Source: a bacterium (GTDB lineage: Bacteria > Patescibacteriota > Microgenomatia > Daviesbacterales > UBA10151). Taken from it: a DNA stretch of 64,000 nucleotides. The translations under genes and the position numbers were made by a program. The notes under the pieces are model-generated. The model saw nothing but the letters and a program-made list of their open reading frames with translations. It did not search any database and was not told the origin of the DNA. Location: assembly GCA_021786105.1 (NCBI GenBank), contig JAJYNW010000018.1, positions 1 through 64,000 of the forward strand. The letters are read 5' to 3'. Of this stretch, positions 38,394 to 49,301 are shown piece by piece. Every line of letters begins with the position of its first letter. Position 1 is the first letter of the stretch.

Positions 38394-41300
38394 CTACATG
38401 GTTAAATTTTTTAACTGGCAATATTCACACTTAGGGTCATCACAACGCCTATCCCAAAATTCCAAATTAATAATTTCTTTGGCAGTTTGCAAAATTTTCT
38501 GTTCCAAATTTTTGACCAACTCCTCGGTCATGTCAAACCGTTCGCTTTTAAACCTCCCTTTCTCGTCCGGCTCCACAAAATCAATCACTCCTTCGGTCAT
38601 TTTCATCAGTCCGTTTTTATAGCGGTCCAGCAAAATTTTATAAAAGACCAATTGCTGTAAATAATTACGTTCACTTTTTTCATTAGACCCATCAATCTGG
38701 CTGCGCGATTTCGCCTTTCCGGTTTTAAAATCATAGACAGCCACATCACTGCCGGAAAGCATTTCAATCATATCCAACCGCCCGGTAAGAACCACTTCAT
38801 CCGACAGCTTGACCCCCCTGATAATCAACTCACTTTGGATATCCTTGCCCCAAGTCGGAATTACGTTGTCAAAATACCCCAGCAGCGCCCGCTCTCCCCG
38901 TTCAAATAATGCTTTCCGGTCCGGCTCACTCAACGCCTCTTTATCCAACACCTCACGGAACCTTTCTACCAGGAAATAACCAGTCAAAGCTTTGTTTTTC
39001 CTTTGGCGGATATAACAATCTAAAGCATGGTGGATGGCGGTGCCAAACTTCATATAATTTTCTTTAACCTCCGGAAACTGCAATAAATTGCGGTAGAAAA
39101 ATTGCCAGGGGCATTTTTGGTAATTGCTTAAAGCGGTGGCCGACAATCCCCGGATTAAAAAAAGCTGCCGGAAAAATTCTTTTTTCTCAGAGAGAAGAGC
39201 TTGCTCGTTTTTGGCTGGTAAGATTGACGCTGGTCTGGGGTTAAAAATCATATCCTTATTGGCTAAGAATTGTTTTTCAAATTTTTGAGTATTAATTTCC
39301 TCAACCAGCCTTTTGTCAATTTCTGATAAAAATTGCGAGGGGCTACGCTCGTTTCCCTCCATTCCACGGGTGGAAAAGGTAAGCATAATATCTTTTCTGG
39401 CCCGGGTCATCCCCACATAAAACAGTCTTCTTTCGTCCTCATCTTCCGTAGATTCCAAATTTAATTTAATCCCTAAAATATCCCAAGGAATCTGAAAACC
39501 GGCTGACCGTTTTCTGGCGTTACCCCAATGACCATCATAAACATTAACTATATAAACATAATCAAACTCCAAACCCTTGGAGCGATGAGCTGTCATCAAC
39601 CGGACGGCGTTTTGGCTGACAGTCTCCACATGGCTTTTAAGCGGCAGCTCATGTTTTTGGCAAAGTTCGAGGTAATTTAAATAATCACCCAAATTAAAAT
39701 TAGGCTCTTTTTCCACCAGCACTTTAATTTCTTCGAACAAAGCAGTTAGTTTATCCAGCAGTTCATACCGCCGGCTATGTTTTAGCATCGCTTCACGGAA
39801 ACCCGACTTTTCCACCACCCCAATAAACAATTTTTCAAATGTATCGTTATACGCATCCTTTTGCCAGGCAGTTAACGTCTGATAAAACTTAACTAAGTTT
39901 TCAAAACTAGACAGTCTTAATTTCTCCTCCGACTTCTGCATCAGCCGGCGTAACACCTCGTAAACCGGCAGCTTATTTTGCCGGGAAAAATCCATTATTT
40001 TGTAAATATCCAAAGGTTCAATATCAAACAAATCCAGATGCATCGCTTTTAGCAAATCCCGCTCTGAGCCAATATTCCAGATTGCCCTGAGGGTAAAAAT
40101 TAATTTTTGGATATACAAATCCTGTAAAATATTTTGGTCTGAATGAATCACAAAAGGAATGCCGCATCTTTCCAAAGTTTCCGCCGCCAGGTTTAAGTCT
40201 TTATTATTGCGACCAATGATTGCAATATTTTCCGGCGGCACCCCCTGCTTAATCTTTTTTTGGATATCTTCAGCAATGAACTGGTACTCGGCAAAATAAT
40301 CATTTAAAACCGCCAGCTTAATCGGCTCAGCCTGTTTTTGCTGGGAATGCAAATTAATCTTTTTGGGCAACAGCAGGTTAGCGGTAATGTTGTTGGCGAT
40401 CAGACTGTCCGCCGCGTCCAAAATTTGCTGGTGCGAACGGTAATTTTCACCCAAATGGACTAATTTAGCATGGGGATAAATCTTTCGAAAATACAAAAAA
40501 TTTTCAAAAGATGCTCCCTGAAAACGGAAGATTGCCTGTTTTTCATCGCCAACCACAAAGATATTAGGATTATCTTCAAAATAACTGCCCAAAAATTCCA
40601 CGATTTTATTCTGGGCATTATTGGTATCTTGATGCTCATCAATCAAAATATACTGGTATTTTTCCTGCAGGCGCAGCAATAAATCCTTATCTTTTTCCAA
40701 GGCTGTTTTTACCACAAGCAGCATGTCATTAAAATCATATTTTTGTAAGTCTTTAAGCGCTTTTTGATAAGCCTGATAAATAATCAGCAGTTCCCCGGCT
40801 TTTAAAATCTCTCTTTGTAAATCCCGGTACTTGCCTTTCATTTCACCTTTATACCTGCCCTTGTCGTGATATAAATCCTCTGTGGCATCAAAGTTTTCCT
40901 GCCAAATTTTTAGGGCTTTTTCCAAATCCTCCGGACCTACCCCTTCCTTTTTCAAATTACTGATTTCTGAAAGTGCCGGCCTGAGGTAATACAATGGGTC
41001 CCCCATTGGTTTTAAGTAGGTTAAGTCTAATCCGGTAATAATTTTTTCCAATAGCTGGATTTGCTCCACCTCGGTGATACTGTCGGCAGAAATTAAGTGG
41101 GGAAAATTTTCCGGATGGCGCTTGATCACTTCATTGCAAAAACCATGAAAGGTGTAAATTTCCACCTTGTAGCCCGGGGTACCAATCATATCCACCAGCC
41201 GCTCCCGCATTTCCGATTTGGCTGACTCGGTAAAAGTTAAAGCTAAAATATTTTCCGGGTTAACTTGGGTTTTTAGTAAAATATTGGCAATCCGTAAAGT

Positions 41301-41426
41301 TAAAATTTGCGTTTTACCGGTACCCGGACCAGCCACCACCATCACCGGACCTTCTATCTCATCAACCGCCTGTTTTTGCTCACGGTTTAATTTTGAATAC
41401 AGACTCTTGAATTGAGAAGAAACCAT
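38394..41426 (-). CDS. UvrD-family helicase fused to a C-terminal PD-(D/E)XK nuclease (AdnA/B- or AddA-like)
   Basis: AGPGTGKT, DEHQD, GDEKQAIFRFQGA, RRLFYVGMTRA; nuclease SATALSNYQKCP, GRLD..YDFKTG, QL.FY, C..CEYC. Confidence 0.92.
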   Translation of the reverse strand: MVSSQFKSLYSKLNREQKQAVDEIEGPVMVVAGPGTGKTQILTLRIANILLKTQVNPENILALTFTESAKSEMRERLVDMIGTPGYKVEIYTFHGFCNEVIKRHPENFPHLISADSITEVEQIQLLEKIITGLDLTYLKPMGDPLYYLRPALSEISNLKKEGVGPEDLEKALKIWQENFDATEDLYHDKGRYKGEMKGKYRDLQREILKAGELLIIYQAYQKALKDLQKYDFNDMLLVVKTALEKDKDLLLRLQEKYQYILIDEHQDTNNAQNKIVEFLGSYFEDNPNIFVVGDEKQAIFRFQGASFENFLYFRKIYPHAKLVHLGENYRSHQQILDAADSLIANNITANLLLPKKINLHSQQKQAEPIKLAVLNDYFAEYQFIAEDIQKKIKQGVPPENIAIIGRNNKDLNLAAETLERCGIPFVIHSDQNILQDLYIQKLIFTLRAIWNIGSERDLLKAMHLDLFDIEPLDIYKIMDFSRQNKLPVYEVLRRLMQKSEEKLRLSSFENLVKFYQTLTAWQKDAYNDTFEKLFIGVVEKSGFREAMLKHSRRYELLDKLTALFEEIKVLVEKEPNFNLGDYLNYLELCQKHELPLKSHVETVSQNAVRLMTAHRSKGLEFDYVYIVNVYDGHWGNARKRSAGFQIPWDILGIKLNLESTEDEDERRLFYVGMTRARKDIMLTFSTRGMEGNERSPSQFLSEIDKRLVEEINTQKFEKQFLANKDMIFNPRPASILPAKNEQALLSEKKEFFRQLFLIRGLSATALSNYQKCPWQFFYRNLLQFPEVKENYMKFGTAIHHALDCYIRQRKNKALTGYFLVERFREVLDKEALSEPDRKALFERGERALLGYFDNVIPTWGKDIQSELIIRGVKLSDEVVLTGRLDMIEMLSGSDVAVYDFKTGKAKSRSQIDGSNEKSERNYLQQLVFYKILLDRYKNGLMKMTEGVIDFVEPDEKGRFKSERFDMTEELVKNLEQKILQTAKEIINLEFWDRRCDDPKCEYCQLKNLTM

Positions 41427-42604
41427 TATTCTTCGACTACTTCTTCCAAAACACTAATTTCTCTTTCTTCCTCAATTTCAAAACCAGCCAGCTGGGGGAG
41501 CGATCTTCCTATGATTCCCTGCAAGTCCCCATACATACCATGGGTATGATCTAAAACTTTTCTGATCTCTTTTTCCTGCCGCCCCCATTTAACACTGAAC
41601 CACCTTTTTTCTCTTTCTAACTCATCTTGTAAACCGCTAAAAGCTTCGACTATAGCTTCTACCCTTTGTTTAAATTCTGTTCCGGTTAAATATTGATAAA
41701 GAATTTCTTTCTTTTCATTTTTCCCTTCACTTAATGATTTTTCGTGATTAAGGCTAATTAAATTAAATCTCAAAGCCAGCGCTAACGGAATTACAAATTG
41801 CCAGGTAGTCAACCATACTCCTTCCCTATAAGTAAACGTCTCCAAACCCTCCGGCTTATGTATTGTCACTAAAACAGCTAAATCTGCCTTTTTAGCTCTT
41901 TGGTCTTCTTTTAGCTTCGTAATCCAATCATTTTTCCATTGCGCATTTTTCGATTCCCATAAAATAGTCCCACTATTTCTTCCGAGCTTATCTACAACCC
42001 GATGGACAATATCTGCCCCGCGTTCACCTTTTTTAACCTCTTCTAAAATATCCATTAGGAATTCTTGTTTAAGCGCTTTTTCTAACTCCAGTTCCAATAC
42101 CTCTCCTTGAGTCTGCTGTGAACCTTGCTGCATTTGATTTTGAAGTTCATCTAATTTTTTTAACGCATCATTGAGTTTTTTGTCTTTTTCCAAATTCTTG
42201 AGCTGATTTTCCTCTTCTGCTTGTTTCCTAACCTCACTCCTTATTCTCTCCTCGTCTTCCATCGCCTTCTTTTTCATTTCAATTTCTCTTTCTTCATCTT
42301 TTCTTCTAAGCGCTTTAAAATCATCCAATAATTCACTCATTTGTGAAGTTAATTTTTTATTTCTTTCTTTCTCCTCATCATTCTCTTTTTGCATCCTTAC
42401 CATTTGGATTCCAAATTGTTCCTTGGCATTTTTCTCAGCCTTCTCTTCCGCCAATCTTGTGGCTTCTTCAATTTCGCTTTTATGTTTTTGTTCTAAAGAG
42501 GCTGATACTTGTTCTTCCATTTGATGAGTCAAAGCCTCGCCAATGGAGAATTTATGCTGGCATTTGGGGCAGGTAACAGTAACTTGGTTTGTTGGGGAAC
42601 TCAT
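41426..42604 (-). CDS. DUF2130-family coiled-coil protein
   Basis: CPKC N-terminus, QGSQQTQGEVLELELE, KGERGADI and ILWESKN..W..DWITKLKEDQR motifs. Confidence 0.85.
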   Translation of the reverse strand: MSSPTNQVTVTCPKCQHKFSIGEALTHQMEEQVSASLEQKHKSEIEEATRLAEEKAEKNAKEQFGIQMVRMQKENDEEKERNKKLTSQMSELLDDFKALRRKDEEREIEMKKKAMEDEERIRSEVRKQAEEENQLKNLEKDKKLNDALKKLDELQNQMQQGSQQTQGEVLELELEKALKQEFLMDILEEVKKGERGADIVHRVVDKLGRNSGTILWESKNAQWKNDWITKLKEDQRAKKADLAVLVTIHKPEGLETFTYREGVWLTTWQFVIPLALALRFNLISLNHEKSLSEGKNEKKEILYQYLTGTEFKQRVEAIVEAFSGLQDELEREKRWFSVKWGRQEKEIRKVLDHTHGMYGDLQGIIGRSLPQLAGFEIEEEREISVLEEVVEE

Positions 42605-42689
42605 AAAACCTGAACGGTTTCGACTATACCACGATTGCTATTTGTAAAAAAGATATCGTTTCTGGATCTTTTTGAGTTACAATTAGTTT

Positions 42690-43070
42690 ATGTCCAGAAT
42701 TATTTCAAAAATTATTCCTGCTTTGATCTTTTGGGGAGCCTTTGTGGGAGTAGTTTTAAATGTTCCTTACCCAGATAGCTTTGCCCAGGCAAATTTTAAC
42801 CAGATCATTCCCTTCTCTGTCTGCTTTTTTTTGGCATTACTTTTCACTGCCAATATCTTCTTAAAAAATATTTTGCAGTCATTTTCCCTTGCCTTAGGCT
42901 TATTTTTTTTATTAGTTTTAAAAGCCTTAGATTCTTTAAACTTAGTCACCGGAACTTTAACCCTGACCGCCACCGGCTTACTTTTCAGTTATTTCCATAA
43001 AGGAAAGAAGAATAATTTGACTAAACAGTCAAAAATCCCCAGACTAACAAAGCTCTCAAAACAAAAATAA
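42690..43070 (+). CDS. Hypothetical membrane protein (4 TM)
   Basis: Hydrophobic ORF with basic tail. Confidence 0.7.
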   Translation: MSRIISKIIPALIFWGAFVGVVLNVPYPDSFAQANFNQIIPFSVCFFLALLFTANIFLKNILQSFSLALGLFFLLVLKALDSLNLVTGTLTLTATGLLFSYFHKGKKNNLTKQSKIPRLTKLSKQK

Positions 43071-43111
43071 AATTTGCAAAATACGCTTCTCTAAGATATT
43101 ATCCGCCAGAA

Positions 43112-44824
43112 ATGGCTATCGACCAAGAACGAGAAACATCAACAGAAAACTCTGCGGCAAGACCTTCAAGGCCAAAAAGGAGAATCTCCAAAGCCTTAGA
43201 GCTGGCAGCCAACACCCTTGTCGCTTTCACTATTCTCGGTACCAGTGGATGCACAGCCTGGAGTATATGGAATACCATTCAAGACCGCAGACAGATCGAA
43301 GAATTATATAAAAAAGCTTCCGCCACGCTAGACGAACGCTTTAATCCTCATTTTCCTAGCTTTAATCCGGGAAATATTAATTTGGAACCAGACCAACAAA
43401 AAATCGATTTACAACCAAAGCTATTTCAACTACGGAAAGAGACAGATATATTAAATGGAGCTTTCTTTGAATTCGCCAAACGTCCTAACGCCGAATTAGC
43501 AAACGCCGAAACAACTTTTCGCCAAATCGCTACTGAACACCTTTTTGACTATTTGCAATTACTTAACACCACTAATCCTCAGCAAAAAGCCATATTTGTA
43601 AACAAAAACGGCAGATCAGAAGTTCAACTCGACAATGAAATTTACGACCTTTCAAACCCTCTTCAGTTTCAAACACTTTTCGCCGTCACCTCGCTTAAAT
43701 TAGAAACGGCAAGCTTAGATCAAGAAATCGACAAGACAACTGATCAAACCACTAAAGAGATTTTGCTGAGAAGAAAAAGCATTACCATGCTAAGCCAGCA
43801 ATCCGCCATCTGGCTTAAAGACCAGGATATTCGCTTAGGCATTGCTGAAAATGGCATACTTTTAGCCAGCCCTTTAAGTTTTGCCAGTTTTGCCCGGACC
43901 CTACAGCTTACCAACGATCTCGGCTATCCTCTACCTCGGACTGGAATCTTTGGTCCCAATCCAAAATACGGCGGCGAATATCTTGAGAAAGACTCAATTT
44001 CTAGTAAAAGCACAATTATTGACTACTTAGATCCTTACGGCTCTCTTGATTCTTTAGTACACGAAACCGGACATTATGTAAGTGATGTATCAACCTCTAT
44101 CCGCCCGCAGTTTTCCCAATCAGCCTTTGAGGCACAAGCGTTACAATCAGAGACAGGAGGCTTAGCCACAGTCCGCGACCCCAAAAATGTCCACTATTTC
44201 CTGGCTGATCGTGAAAGAAATAACCGGAAGGAACAATATGCCGAGCTTTTTGCCCAGTATATAACAAAAGGTAAAGTAGTGAGAGAAAAACTCATCCAAC
44301 TTCAATCTGACGATCCTGCTGCGGCGCAAATCTTACAAGCAGAATATGACTTTTTCAAAACTTTTTTTCAGGGAAGAGAATTTATCGAAGGAGGTTTTAC
44401 CCAAGCAGAAATCAACCAACAAATTGTAAAAATTACCAAAGAGGCTGAGACCGCAATAACACAAGAATTACCAAAAAAACGGGTTTATACTGTCGGAGAA
44501 AAGGTAACTATTGTTGACAAAGATACCAAGCGCCCCGGTATCCTGCTTAAAGATCTTCCTAATAACCCGACTAAAGCCGATTCGCCGGCCGTGTTTGACT
44601 ATGATGTTGTAGAAATAATCGAGGGGCCGGTTGAACTAGCAACCGAGTATAATCTAGACAAAAAAACTATGACATTTATACCTAAGAATAGTAAATGGTG
44701 GAAAGTCCAACTTAAAATGCAAGGCGGTCAAAGCTATTCCCGAATTGGTTTCCGAGGCGGAGAAACCGGATGGATTGAAGAAAAATGGTTAGGCGATACT
44801 TACAAACAAGCGCCTTCTAATTAA
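43112..44824 (+). CDS. Orphan membrane-anchored protein with HExxH zinc-metallopeptidase motif
   Basis: N-terminal TM; LVHETGH...EQYAELF; C-terminal WWKV...GETGWIEE SH3-like segment. Confidence 0.7.
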   Translation: MAIDQERETSTENSAARPSRPKRRISKALELAANTLVAFTILGTSGCTAWSIWNTIQDRRQIEELYKKASATLDERFNPHFPSFNPGNINLEPDQQKIDLQPKLFQLRKETDILNGAFFEFAKRPNAELANAETTFRQIATEHLFDYLQLLNTTNPQQKAIFVNKNGRSEVQLDNEIYDLSNPLQFQTLFAVTSLKLETASLDQEIDKTTDQTTKEILLRRKSITMLSQQSAIWLKDQDIRLGIAENGILLASPLSFASFARTLQLTNDLGYPLPRTGIFGPNPKYGGEYLEKDSISSKSTIIDYLDPYGSLDSLVHETGHYVSDVSTSIRPQFSQSAFEAQALQSETGGLATVRDPKNVHYFLADRERNNRKEQYAELFAQYITKGKVVREKLIQLQSDDPAAAQILQAEYDFFKTFFQGREFIEGGFTQAEINQQIVKITKEAETAITQELPKKRVYTVGEKVTIVDKDTKRPGILLKDLPNNPTKADSPAVFDYDVVEIIEGPVELATEYNLDKKTMTFIPKNSKWWKVQLKMQGGQSYSRIGFRGGETGWIEEKWLGDTYKQAPSN

Positions 44825-44887
44825 AACGCTTGCATTTCAGATCTTTTGCCTCGAAAAAATACCTCGAAAATGCTAAACTAGTGGGCA

Positions 44888-46300
44888 ATGAAGAAATTTT
44901 ACATAACAACAGCCATACCATATGTCAACGGCCTACCGCATGTTGGCCATTCTCTGGAATACTTCCAGGCTGACACGGTCAGAAGGTATCACCGACTGAA
45001 AGGCTACGATACCCTGCTTTTGTCAGGGGCGGATGAAAACGCCTTAAAAAATGTCCAGGCGGCGGAAAAAGAAGGCCTGCCAGTCCAGCAGTTTTTAGAC
45101 CGAAATTCTAAAATTTGGCACGATACTTATGAATTTTTAGGAGTGCATTTGGATGTTTTTCAACGAGGCTCGGATCAAAAAAAACATTGGCCGGGAGTAC
45201 AAAAATTATGGAAACTCTGCGCCGAAAATGGAGATATTTATAAAAAAGCATATGAAGGTTTGTATTGCGTTGGTTGCGAATCATTTAAAACTGAAGGGGA
45301 ATTAGTGGACGGACTGTGTCCGATTCATCAAAAAAAACCGGAGCTAGTCAAAGAAGAAAATTATTTTTTTAAATTATCAAAATACCAGGAAAAATTAATT
45401 CAGTTAATAGAAAGCAACGAATTTAAAATTACTCCGGCCAATAAAAAAGCCGAAGCTTTATCCTTTATCAAATCCGGTTTGGAAGATTTTAGCGTGTCCC
45501 GGTCAAACGAGCGGGCCCGGGGTGTTGGAGTGCCAGTCCCGGGCGATCCCAGCCAAAAAATTTATGTCTGGTTTGACGCTTTGGATATTTATATGACCGG
45601 CGTTGGTTTCGGCTGGGACGAAAAAGAATGGGAAAAATGGTGGCCGGCTGATTTACATATTATCGGCAAAGATATTAATAGATTTCATACAGTGTATTGG
45701 CCAGCCATGCTATTATCTGCCAAGTTGCCTTTACCAAAACAAATCCTAATCCATGGCTTTGTTAATTTGAAGGGTGAAAAAATCAGCAAATCTGTGGGTA
45801 ATGTCATCTCGCCGCAAGAAGTAGTCAAAGAATACGGGCTCGAGCCGCTTCGCTATTTTATGCTGTCACAAATCCCGATTGATGCTGACGGAGATTTTTC
45901 ATACGAAAGATTTGAGGAAGTTTATAATGCCGACTTGGCTAATGGTTTAGGGAATCTGGTGGCCAGGGTGGCCAAATTAAGTGAGAAAAATAATATTTCC
46001 GGCCCCCAAACAAAACAGGTATGGAATGAAAAAGTTGAAACATTTTTAGGACAATATCGTTTTAATGAAGCGCTCACTAGTATTTGGAAAGAAATTTCCG
46101 AGGCAGATAAAGTGATTAATCAAGAAAAACCATGGGAATTATCAGAAGAAGCAGCCAAACCGGTTTTGGAAGGTTTGGTCAAAAGAATACAAGGTATTGC
46201 TTTTAATTTACAACCATTCCTTCCGGAAACTGCTGATAAAATTTTGCAACAATTTTCCGGGGCCATCAAGTCTGCCCCACCACTTTTTCCCCGGCTATGA
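44888..46300 (+). CDS. metG: Methionine--tRNA ligase (short form)
   Basis: YITTAIPYVNG.PHVGH, YCVGCE, YVWFDAL, GKDI.RFH..YWPA and KISKS motifs. Confidence 0.97.
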   Translation: MKKFYITTAIPYVNGLPHVGHSLEYFQADTVRRYHRLKGYDTLLLSGADENALKNVQAAEKEGLPVQQFLDRNSKIWHDTYEFLGVHLDVFQRGSDQKKHWPGVQKLWKLCAENGDIYKKAYEGLYCVGCESFKTEGELVDGLCPIHQKKPELVKEENYFFKLSKYQEKLIQLIESNEFKITPANKKAEALSFIKSGLEDFSVSRSNERARGVGVPVPGDPSQKIYVWFDALDIYMTGVGFGWDEKEWEKWWPADLHIIGKDINRFHTVYWPAMLLSAKLPLPKQILIHGFVNLKGEKISKSVGNVISPQEVVKEYGLEPLRYFMLSQIPIDADGDFSYERFEEVYNADLANGLGNLVARVAKLSEKNNISGPQTKQVWNEKVETFLGQYRFNEALTSIWKEISEADKVINQEKPWELSEEAAKPVLEGLVKRIQGIAFNLQPFLPETADKILQQFSGAIKSAPPLFPRL

Positions 46301-47160
46301 ACTTAATCGATACTCATGCCCATCTTTATTGGGAATCATACAAAGAAGATTTTGATCAAATGATTCAACGGACGGTTGATAATGGGATATCCACCATTAT
46401 CAACATTGGAGTAGATTTAACAACTAGCCAGCAAGCTTTAGACCAAGTTTTAAATACCAACTGGCCCAAAGATTTATCAGTTTATTCCTCTATAGGTATC
46501 CATCCTCACGAAGCCATTACTTTTGCCGAGAATCCAGCTGAATTCCTACAAAAAGCCATGGATAAACTGGAAAAAATTTATCAAGGTAGTCCCCAAAAAG
46601 TAGTAGGTGTTGGTGAATGTGGTTTGGATTTCTTTTTCGGAAACAATCCCGGTTTTATTCCTCCATCTATCTCTATTGAAAAAGTTAAGGATTTACAGAG
46701 ACAACTATTTCAGGCCCAAATTGATTTGGCCAAAAAATTAAGCCTGCCTTTAGTAGTCCATTGCCGCGACGACCGATCAAAAGATCCACAAAACTCCGAA
46801 GCCTGGGACGATGCCTTAAAAATGATTGGCGACCACCCTGCTATCTTGCATTGTTATTCTGGTTTATCCCATACTACCAACTACGTACTGCAAACTACCA
46901 ACCTATACGTTTCTTTTGCCGCCAATATCACTTATCTCAAAAATGATTATTTAAGGGAAGCTGCCAAACTTTTGCCTCTTAATAAGATCCTTTTGGAAAC
47001 TGACTCCCCTTTTTTAGCACCCCAGTCTAAAAGAGGCCAGAGAAACGAACCCTCTTCAGTCAAAGAAATTGCTACCATCATTGCTAATTTAAAAGGCATT
47101 TCGTTTAAAGAAGTAGCAAGTCAAACTACAAAAAATGCCAAACGAATATTTGCTTTCTGA
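46297..47160 (+). CDS. TatD-family hydrolase
   Basis: IDTHAHL, GIHPH, VGECGLD, VHCR, HCYSG and ETDSPFLAP motifs. Confidence 0.95.
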   Translation: MNLIDTHAHLYWESYKEDFDQMIQRTVDNGISTIINIGVDLTTSQQALDQVLNTNWPKDLSVYSSIGIHPHEAITFAENPAEFLQKAMDKLEKIYQGSPQKVVGVGECGLDFFFGNNPGFIPPSISIEKVKDLQRQLFQAQIDLAKKLSLPLVVHCRDDRSKDPQNSEAWDDALKMIGDHPAILHCYSGLSHTTNYVLQTTNLYVSFAANITYLKNDYLREAAKLLPLNKILLETDSPFLAPQSKRGQRNEPSSVKEIATIIANLKGISFKEVASQTTKNAKRIFAF

Positions 47161-47190
47161 GGCTGAAATGAGTACACTTATGAATACACC

Positions 47191-48966
47191 ATGCGAATAT
47201 TATTGTTCTTTTTTATTGGCTTTCTGTCCTTTTTCTATTTTTCGGAAATCCTGCGCCGTATAAGCAAAAATATCCGCTATAGCTTTATCGGGGTATTTTT
47301 TGTAGTGCTGGGATTTTTGGTCGGCTTTCTGGGCCGGCCTTTTTTTGCCGGCGGGGTCAACGTGTTAACCTCTCTTTTCTTAATCGGTGCCGGCCTGGGG
47401 CTGATCATCCATCATTTATTGTCCCGGCGTTTCATTTTTTTCCAAAAACCGGAAAGGGACTTTGCCTTCAAACACGAAAATAGTTTTGAAAGGTTTTTAG
47501 AAATCTTACCTGGCTCCTTAACCTGGCTGGCTTTAACTTCTCCCATCTGGTTATCTTTTACCCTGCCCTATGCTGTCGCTTATTTAATTTTGATTGCCGA
47601 TGTTTACTGGCTGCTGACTGCTTTTCGGATTGCAATTCTGGTTTTACTGGGCTACAGAAAAATGGAAGGAGCCAAAAAAGAAGATTGGCAAAAACTTTTG
47701 GAAGGTGATTTCCCTCAAAATTGGGAAAAATATTATCAGCTGGTATTGGTGCCAACCTATAAAGAAGCTTTGTATATTTTAAAGCCTACTTTCGACGCTA
47801 TTACCAATTGCACTTATCCAAAGAAAAAAATATTCATCGCCGTTGGGTTTGAGGAAAGAGATGACCCACAAAAAATTAAGGAAACAAAGGAGTATTTGAA
47901 GAAAATTGAAGGAAAAATTGCCGGCGTTTTTACCACCATTCACCCCTATAATTTACCCGGTGAAGTGGCTGGCCAGGGATCAAATAAAAATTGGATGATC
48001 AAACACATCGTGCCGGAGCTGGAAAAACAAGGCGTTAAAATAGAAGACGTCTTTGTCACCACTTTAGATGCAGATTTTACCATCCACCCGCAATTTTTAT
48101 CGGGCGCTTTATACACTTATTTATCCTTGCCAACTGACGAGCGCGATAAAAGAACTTTTACCGGCGTATTTTTATACCATAACAACTATTGGCAAACCCC
48201 CACTCCGATGAGGCTAATGGCGGCCGGCACCAGCTTTTGGCAACTGGCGGAAATGGTGGGCTCGGATAAATACATGAACTATTCTTCCATGTCTATTTCC
48301 CTGAAAGCACTTTTGGATATTGGCGGCTGGATACCGGATAAAGTTAATGACGATAACGGTTTTTACTGGAAAGCCTATTTCCATTTCAACGGGGATTATA
48401 AAGTTATTCCGCATTTCTTGCCGATTTCCGGCGATGCCGTCCAGGACACCACCCTTTTAAAAACTTTCCAAAATCAATATCAACAAATTAAAAGATGGGC
48501 TTACGGTGTGGAACATATCCCATTTATTGTCAAACAATATTTCACTAAAGATATTGATTTCTGGAACAAAACCGACCGGGTACTTTTCAAATTCTGGGGA
48601 GATTTAAAATGGGGATTTTTAGCGATCTTTGTCACCTTTGGCAGCTTATTGATTCCAGTGGTTAACCCTAACTTTAAAGCCTCGGTAATGTCGGTTAACC
48701 TACCCATTGTTTCCTCCTGGATTTTAACAGTCACCTTTTTTGGACTGTTTGCCACCATTTATGTCCATGAAAAAGTGGCACCTAAACGGCCGGAAAATTG
48801 GTCTGCCTTCAGAAAAATCTGGTCATACATTCAGTGGCTATTGGTGCCGCTGATTTTGATCACCATCTCCTCTTTGCCGGCTATTGATGCTCAAACTTCT
48901 TTAATGTTTGGCAGAAAATTAGAGTTCCGGGTTACTAACAAGGCTCGACTACTAAAGAAAGGTTAA
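47191..48966 (+). CDS. Membrane GT2-family processive glycosyltransferase
   Basis: VPTYKE, TTLDAD, DD and QIKRWAYG (QxxRW) motifs with flanking TMs. Confidence 0.88.
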   Translation: MRILLFFFIGFLSFFYFSEILRRISKNIRYSFIGVFFVVLGFLVGFLGRPFFAGGVNVLTSLFLIGAGLGLIIHHLLSRRFIFFQKPERDFAFKHENSFERFLEILPGSLTWLALTSPIWLSFTLPYAVAYLILIADVYWLLTAFRIAILVLLGYRKMEGAKKEDWQKLLEGDFPQNWEKYYQLVLVPTYKEALYILKPTFDAITNCTYPKKKIFIAVGFEERDDPQKIKETKEYLKKIEGKIAGVFTTIHPYNLPGEVAGQGSNKNWMIKHIVPELEKQGVKIEDVFVTTLDADFTIHPQFLSGALYTYLSLPTDERDKRTFTGVFLYHNNYWQTPTPMRLMAAGTSFWQLAEMVGSDKYMNYSSMSISLKALLDIGGWIPDKVNDDNGFYWKAYFHFNGDYKVIPHFLPISGDAVQDTTLLKTFQNQYQQIKRWAYGVEHIPFIVKQYFTKDIDFWNKTDRVLFKFWGDLKWGFLAIFVTFGSLLIPVVNPNFKASVMSVNLPIVSSWILTVTFFGLFATIYVHEKVAPKRPENWSAFRKIWSYIQWLLVPLILITISSLPAIDAQTSLMFGRKLEFRVTNKARLLKKG

Positions 48967-48971
48967 AGTTT

Positions 48972-49301
48972 ATGCTAAATAAATCTCATTTTTGGATCGG
49001 ACTTTTCCCGCTAATCTTAGGCATAATCACCACCTTAACTATTGTAGTTTTATTAAATTTTTTGCCTCCCAAATTACCTCTTTTTTATTCATTACCTTGG
49101 GGAGAAGGACAGTTAGCTACTCGCCAGCAGTTTTTCATTATCCCGGCTAGCATTTTTCTCATTACACCTTTAAATTTAGTCATCTCTTGGCAACTGCATC
49201 CCTCCCAAATTTTTTTGAAAAAAGTCCTGCTTATCTCCTCCACCGTAGTAAGCTTCATCCTGACCGTCGCACTAATTAAAATTGTCCTAATGTTTATCTA
49301 A
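48972..49301 (+). CDS. Small membrane protein (DUF1648-like)
   Basis: LPPKLPLFYSLPWG between TM helices. Confidence 0.7.
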   Translation: MLNKSHFWIGLFPLILGIITTLTIVVLLNFLPPKLPLFYSLPWGEGQLATRQQFFIIPASIFLITPLNLVISWQLHPSQIFLKKVLLISSTVVSFILTVALIKIVLMFI

